Source: an uncultured Polycyclovorans sp. (lineage in GTDB: Bacteria > Pseudomonadota > Gammaproteobacteria > Nevskiales > Nevskiaceae). Taken from it: a stretch of 64,000 bases of DNA. Position numbers and translations under genes: made by a program. The stretch covers positions 76,310-140,309 of the forward strand of contig CAKZHZ010000019.1 of NCBI GenBank assembly GCA_936928855.1. The letters run 5' to 3'. Shown piece by piece: positions 59,991-64,000 of the stretch; the first letter of the stretch is position 1, and every line of letters starts with the position of its first letter. Under the pieces are notes generated by a model. That model made no database searches and was not told the DNA's origin. It was given only the letters and a program-made list of their open reading frames with translations.

Positions 59991-61020
59991 CGGCGGCACC
60001 CGGCATCAACCCGCAGGTTCCCAGCAGCGCCTGCCAGGCCCGGGTGTGGCGTTGGCCGGCCTGTTCGAGGTCAGTGCGCAGGCTGCCGGTGCCGTCGCCC
60101 AGCACCTGTGTGGCATAGGCGCGGAAGGCGGGGGGCGGGCGTGGGGCGGCGGCCAACAGGCGGTTCATCGACTGCTGCCAGCGCGTGCCATCCCGATGCA
60201 GCTGGGCCAGATAGGGCTGCACCCAGCCCGCGTAGTAGCGGTAGAACACGGTCTCGAGAATGCGGGCCGCAGGGGTAGGGCGCTGCTGTGGACAGAGCCG
60301 CTGCCGGTCCACGGCCATCAGACGCTCGGCCACCGTGTCGAGGGTGGTGGCCAGCCCCTGCATGGCGTGGACCCAGGCACCGCCATAGCCGGACAGGGCA
60401 AGCGCCTGCAGCTGGGGCTCCAGCTGCGTCAGATCCCATCCGTCCGGCGGTGCATCCAGTTGTTCCGCCAGCTGCTCCAGCGCGCGCAGCGCTTCCATCG
60501 GTGGGGCTTCGCCGGGCGGCAGCCACGGGGTGGCCAGGGAGAAATGGCGTTCGAACTCGGGACTGTCGAAGCTGAGCTGCCAGAACACCGCGGGCAGTGT
60601 GCCGGCCTTGCCGCGGGCAATGGCGTCCATCTGGTCGCGCAGGGCGAGGTCGGCCTCGGCTTGGGTGTGCAGCCAGCGCCGGCAGCGCTGCAGGCGATGG
60701 GCAAAGCGCAGTTCGTAGTCGATACGGCGGCTGGCGGGCCAGTAGCGCCCCAGGATGCTGTTGCGCTCGGCGATCAGCTGGGTGAGGTTGCAGGTGTTGA
60801 AGTCGGTCAGATCGAGCAGCCGCGCACGCACCTCCGGCACCGGCAGTTGCCGCTCGCGGTGTCGTGGGTATGGCGGTGGTGACGGCCAGGACAGCTTTTC
60901 CGGGGTTTGCCGCGCGGCGCGGGCGACGCGGTCGGCATAGTCCTGCAGGCGGTACTGCGGGGTATCGCGGTCACAGGCCACGAGCAGCAGGCTCAGCAGC
61001 AATCCCAGGGTCAATCGCAT
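59974..61020 (-). CDS. hypothetical lipoprotein
   Basis: Lipobox LLLVACDRD after MRLTLGLLLSLL. About 350 aa with no catalytic motifs. Confidence 0.5.
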   Translation of the reverse strand: MRLTLGLLLSLLLVACDRDTPQYRLQDYADRVARAARQTPEKLSWPSPPPYPRHRERQLPVPEVRARLLDLTDFNTCNLTQLIAERNSILGRYWPASRRIDYELRFAHRLQRCRRWLHTQAEADLALRDQMDAIARGKAGTLPAVFWQLSFDSPEFERHFSLATPWLPPGEAPPMEALRALEQLAEQLDAPPDGWDLTQLEPQLQALALSGYGGAWVHAMQGLATTLDTVAERLMAVDRQRLCPQQRPTPAARILETVFYRYYAGWVQPYLAQLHRDGTRWQQSMNRLLAAAPRPPPAFRAYATQVLGDGTGSLRTDLEQAGQRHTRAWQALLGTCGLMPGAAATAAD

Positions 61021-61077
61021 GGCCGCAACCGTGGCACAGTGGCGCTGCGTTGGCGACCTGTACGCGCCCCGTACAAA

Positions 61078-61109
61078 CGACGACGGCCGGCGCAGGGCCG
61101 GCCGTCGTT
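61078..61109 (-). terminator. candidate terminator hairpin downstream of the FKBP gene
   Basis: ACGACGGCCGGcgcagggCCGGCCGTCGT: an 11-bp stem, with only a weak T-tract. Confidence 0.4.
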
Positions 61110-61122
61110 GCACAGCAGTCGC

Positions 61123-61857
61123 TTACTCGGTGTCGGGTTCGCCGATGCTGAGCAGCTCCACTTCGAAGATCAGCGTTTCGTTGGGGCCGATCTTGGCACC
61201 GGCACCGCGCTCGCCATATGCGAGTTCGGCGGGGATCACGAAGCGGTACTTGGCGCCGGGCTTCATCAACTGCACGCCCTCGGTCCAGCCGGGGATCACG
61301 TTGGCCAGCGGGAAGGTGACCGGCTCGCCGCGGGCATAGGAGCTGTCGAACTCGGTGCCGTCGATGAGCGTGCCCTTGTAGTGCACGGTGACGCTGTCAT
61401 CGGGCTTGGGGTTGTCGCCCTTGCCTGCGGTCAGCACTTCGTACTGCAGGCCCGATTCGGTCGCTGTCACGCCGTCGCGGGCGCCATTCTCGGCCAGGAA
61501 GGCCGCGCCGCGCTCGGAGGCGGCACCGGCTTGCTCGGCGCGCTCCTTCATCTGGCGCTCCTGCATGGCGCGCGCCACGGTGTTCTTGACCTCTTCGCGG
61601 GCGGCTTCGTCCAGGCGCGGCTCGGTGCCGCTGATGGCATCGTCGAGGCCGGCCTTGAGGGCGGCGATATCGACATCGGCCTTCACCGGTGCCAGCGAGG
61701 TGCCGAGGTCGATGCCGATGGCATAGCCGAACTTCTGGGCATCGCTGTCAAGCGAGACCGGGCCTTCGGTGGCGGTGGCAGAGCTGCCGGGCTGGGAGCA
61801 GGCCGAGGCCAGGCCAACGGCGGCGGCGAGGGCCAGCAGGCGAAACGGATGGGACAT
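61123..61857 (-). CDS. FKBP-type peptidyl-prolyl cis-trans isomerase (FkpA/FklB-like) lipoprotein
   Basis: Signal peptide and lipobox (LASAC). C-terminal FKBP domain (GTLIDGTEFDSSY...PGWTEGVQLMKPGAKYRFVIP). Confidence 0.85.
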   Translation of the reverse strand: MSHPFRLLALAAAVGLASACSQPGSSATATEGPVSLDSDAQKFGYAIGIDLGTSLAPVKADVDIAALKAGLDDAISGTEPRLDEAAREEVKNTVARAMQERQMKERAEQAGAASERGAAFLAENGARDGVTATESGLQYEVLTAGKGDNPKPDDSVTVHYKGTLIDGTEFDSSYARGEPVTFPLANVIPGWTEGVQLMKPGAKYRFVIPAELAYGERGAGAKIGPNETLIFEVELLSIGEPDTE

Positions 61858-61919
61858 GAGAACTCCAGGCGGAGAAAGTGAATGTTGATGCGCCCGCAGC
61901 GCGGGCGTGGCTCAGGATT

Positions 61920-64000
61920 CTAGCGGCTCGCGGGAGGGGCTGCCGATGGTTCGGACGGCTCGGCAGCCGGCTTGCGGCGTTGCAGCAGTTGCATGAGGGT
62001 TTGACGGGCCTCGTCGGATAGGAGTTCCAGCGATCGGTCGGCGATGCGGTCGATGCGGGCATCGACGGCGAGGGTGCGTTCGGCGGTTTCGGTCACCAGG
62101 CCGATGTCGATCAAGGTGTTGAGGTAGCCACGGAACAGGGTCTTGTCGAAGAACTCGGGGGCGTCGCGCCCGGTCAGCAGCGCCATGCGCTCGGCCAGCA
62201 GGCGGCAGTCGCCCTCGAAGCGCTCGCGCGGGAGTTTCTGTTGGCTGCGGCGCTCGTTGGCCAGCAGCAGCGCGGTCATGCAGTAGCGCTCCAGGGTTTC
62301 CCCCATGACCCGCCCCAGCATCGACAGCGTCGAGAACGAGGGGTGGGTGACTTCCGGGCGACGCAGCCGGTGATCGTCCTCGCGCTCGAGCAGGCCCAGT
62401 TGCAGCATGACCTCCAGGCATTGGCGGGTGACGCCATCGATGTCCTCCGCCTTCCACGGCAGGAAGAACTCGGTGCGCAGGAACGGATAGAGCGCGCGCA
62501 CCCCGGTGAGGAGGGCGTCCTCGCTGAGAATCCAGCGCGTGCGGTAGAGGTTGGCGATCAGTCCGGGAATGGCGAACAGGTGCTGGATGTTGTTGCGGTT
62601 GTAGGTCATCAGCACGGCATCGCGACCGGTGACGCCGTAGACGTCGCCCCAGGGATGGCTGACCTGGGCGATGCGTGCGATCGGAGCGGCCCAGTCCACC
62701 ACCGCCGAGGGGCGGGTTTCCGGCAGCATCTGGTCCGGGCCCAGGGGCAGGCCCTTGAGCAGCCAGATGAGATGGCCGATCTGCTCGATGTACTCGTCGC
62801 GGGAGACCGCGCGCTGCGGGCTGGCCAGCAGGGCCACTGCGGCCAGGCCGTTGGGGTTGGCCACGGCCGCAGCGTTGGTGCGCCAGGCGTTCTCGAAGGC
62901 AAGCTCACTGATGAACCGCTTGAAGCCTTCCGGCTTGTCTTCGCTTTCGGGCAGCAGGGTTTCCCGCCATCCCGGCAGGTGGGAATCGGCGTATTCCTGC
63001 AGGGCGATGGGTTCGCCGAAGTTGATGTAGGCCTTGCCGTAGCTCTTCGCCAGGATCTTGCCCGCCTTCAGCAGCCCGTCGGCGGATTCCTTGGTCTTCT
63101 GTGCGCCGCGCAGTTCCTTGGAGTAGCTCGCCACCTCCCAGCACTTGTCGTAGCCGATGTACACCGGCACCAGCGCCACCTTGCGCGAGCGCTGACGCAG
63201 GCTGGCCTCGACCACCATCGACAGCAGGCCGGTCTTCGGCGCCAACAGGCGACCGGTGCGGCTGCGGCCGCCCTCCGGGAAGAACTCGATGGAGTAGCCG
63301 CGCTGGATCAGGGCATCGACATAGGCGCGAAACACCGCCGTGTAGAGGCGGTTGCCGGCGAAGGTGCGCCGCATGTAGAAGGCGCCGCAGCGGCGCAGCA
63401 GGCCGCCCACCGGCCAGAAGTTGAGGTTGATGCCGGCAGCGATGTGCGGTGGCACCAGCCCTCCGTGATAGAGCGCGTAGCTCACCAGCAGGTAGTCGGC
63501 ATGGCTGCGGTGCGAGGGCATATAGATGATCTCGTGGCCCTGCGCCCATTGGCGTACCCGGTCGAGCCCGCGGACATCGATATCGCGGAACACGCGCTTG
63601 AACACCATGCCCCCGAGAAAGCGCTCCAGCAGGTTGATCGCTGCGTTGGAATAGTCGGCGGCGATCTCCTCGGCATAGCGGCGTGCCCGCTGTAGCGCCT
63701 GGGCGTGGGTGACTTCGCCGGCCGCGGTCTCCGCCTCGATGGCGGCCTGGACGCCGTGACTGGCCAGCAGGCCGTCCACCACCACACCCCGCCGCAGCAG
63801 GGCCGGGCCCAGCGCCGCGGTACGCGCCCGCAGGAAGTGGAAGTGCAGCACGCGGGTGAGTTTGCGTTGGCCCAGCGCAGCGCTGGGGGCCCGATCCATG
63901 TACTCCCGAAACGACAGCGGCAGGCCGAAGTTGGCAAGAATGCCGCGCCCGTTGGCCAGCATGATGAACAGCTTGCGAATGCGACCGGCCTGCACGCTGT
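61920..64000 (-). CDS. plsB: glycerol-3-phosphate acyltransferase (5' end outside window)
   Basis: HRSHADYLLVSY (HX4D) and FFPEGGRSRTGRLL motifs. Aligns to E. coli PlsB from about residue 170 onward, so the true start lies beyond coordinate 64000. Confidence 0.85.
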   Translation of the reverse strand, partial: SVQAGRIRKLFIMLANGRGILANFGLPLSFREYMDRAPSAALGQRKLTRVLHFHFLRARTAALGPALLRRGVVVDGLLASHGVQAAIEAETAAGEVTHAQALQRARRYAEEIAADYSNAAINLLERFLGGMVFKRVFRDIDVRGLDRVRQWAQGHEIIYMPSHRSHADYLLVSYALYHGGLVPPHIAAGINLNFWPVGGLLRRCGAFYMRRTFAGNRLYTAVFRAYVDALIQRGYSIEFFPEGGRSRTGRLLAPKTGLLSMVVEASLRQRSRKVALVPVYIGYDKCWEVASYSKELRGAQKTKESADGLLKAGKILAKSYGKAYINFGEPIALQEYADSHLPGWRETLLPESEDKPEGFKRFISELAFENAWRTNAAAVANPNGLAAVALLASPQRAVSRDEYIEQIGHLIWLLKGLPLGPDQMLPETRPSAVVDWAAPIARIAQVSHPWGDVYGVTGRDAVLMTYNRNNIQHLFAIPGLIANLYRTRWILSEDALLTGVRALYPFLRTEFFLPWKAEDIDGVTRQCLEVMLQLGLLEREDDHRLRRPEVTHPSFSTLSMLGRVMGETLERYCMTALLLANERRSQQKLPRERFEGDCRLLAERMALLTGRDAPEFFDKTLFRGYLNTLIDIGLVTETAERTLAVDARIDRIADRSLELLSDEARQTLMQLLQRRKPAAEPSEPSAAPPASR

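Noticed and set aside
61920-63995. ATG at 63995 as the plsB start codon
   Set aside because: The product aligns to E. coli PlsB starting near residue 170. The gene must continue past the window edge.

Overview
This 64 kb window is high-GC (roughly two-thirds G+C), densely coding chromosomal DNA. Gene content and synteny suggest a gamma-proteobacterium, with Pseudomonas-like cox and ftsYEX-rpoH clusters. Most of the window is housekeeping backbone. I see no transposase, integrase, tRNA, rRNA, CRISPR array or recognisable defence genes.

Genes called (partial genes at both edges):
- Left end: coaD (3' fragment), a YfhL-type ferredoxin, ggt, a GH13_18 sugar phosphorylase, an HD-domain protein, xthA.
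- prlC, lemA followed by an EF-hand membrane protein, a lipoprotein esterase, gpmA.
- A two-component system with a PepSY partner, ubiA, a DUF819-like membrane protein, comF.
- bioB-bioF and, 3.9 kb away, bioD, with two surface-protein genes in between; msrB.
- A complete aa3-type cytochrome oxidase biogenesis cluster: a DUF2244-like gene, coxB, coxA, ctaG, coxC, surf1, ctaA, ctaB.
- A minus-strand run rpoH-ftsX-ftsE-ftsY-(DedA/PAP2 fusion)-hemL-thiE-thiD.
- mtgA, a dienelactone hydrolase, the methionine-salvage genes mtnB/mtnD/mtnC, cysQ, a HAD hydrolase, an FKBP-type isomerase, and plsB (5' end outside the window).

The segments I would look at first:
1. An 869-aa lipoprotein at 13365-15974. 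It has a Pro/Thr linker, then about 11 tandem ~66-aa repeats plus two short C-terminal variants, each with four conserved cysteines. I do not recognise the domain.
2. A minus-strand array at 19837-24225: a BOF/YgiW protein, a small secreted His/Cys protein, a TonB receptor with His-rich loops, and a His-rich beta-propeller lipoprotein. It is transcribed divergently from a PepSY-response-regulator-kinase operon, and the shared promoter carries an inverted-plus-direct TTCACGA repeat with 11-bp spacing.
3. A 155-bp element with 17-nt terminal inverted repeats, inserted exactly between ftsY and ftsE.
4. An AT-rich intergenic island upstream of thiD with a perfect DnaA box (TTATCCACA) and several palindromes.
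5. A 38-aa transmembrane ORF overlapping the ctaG start by four nucleotides (ATGA), which the ORF track omits.
6. A bio operon interrupted by two large surface-protein genes, with bioH and bioC absent from this locus.

Many long ORFs in the track on the opposite strand or in alternative frames are high-GC artefacts; I did not call them.
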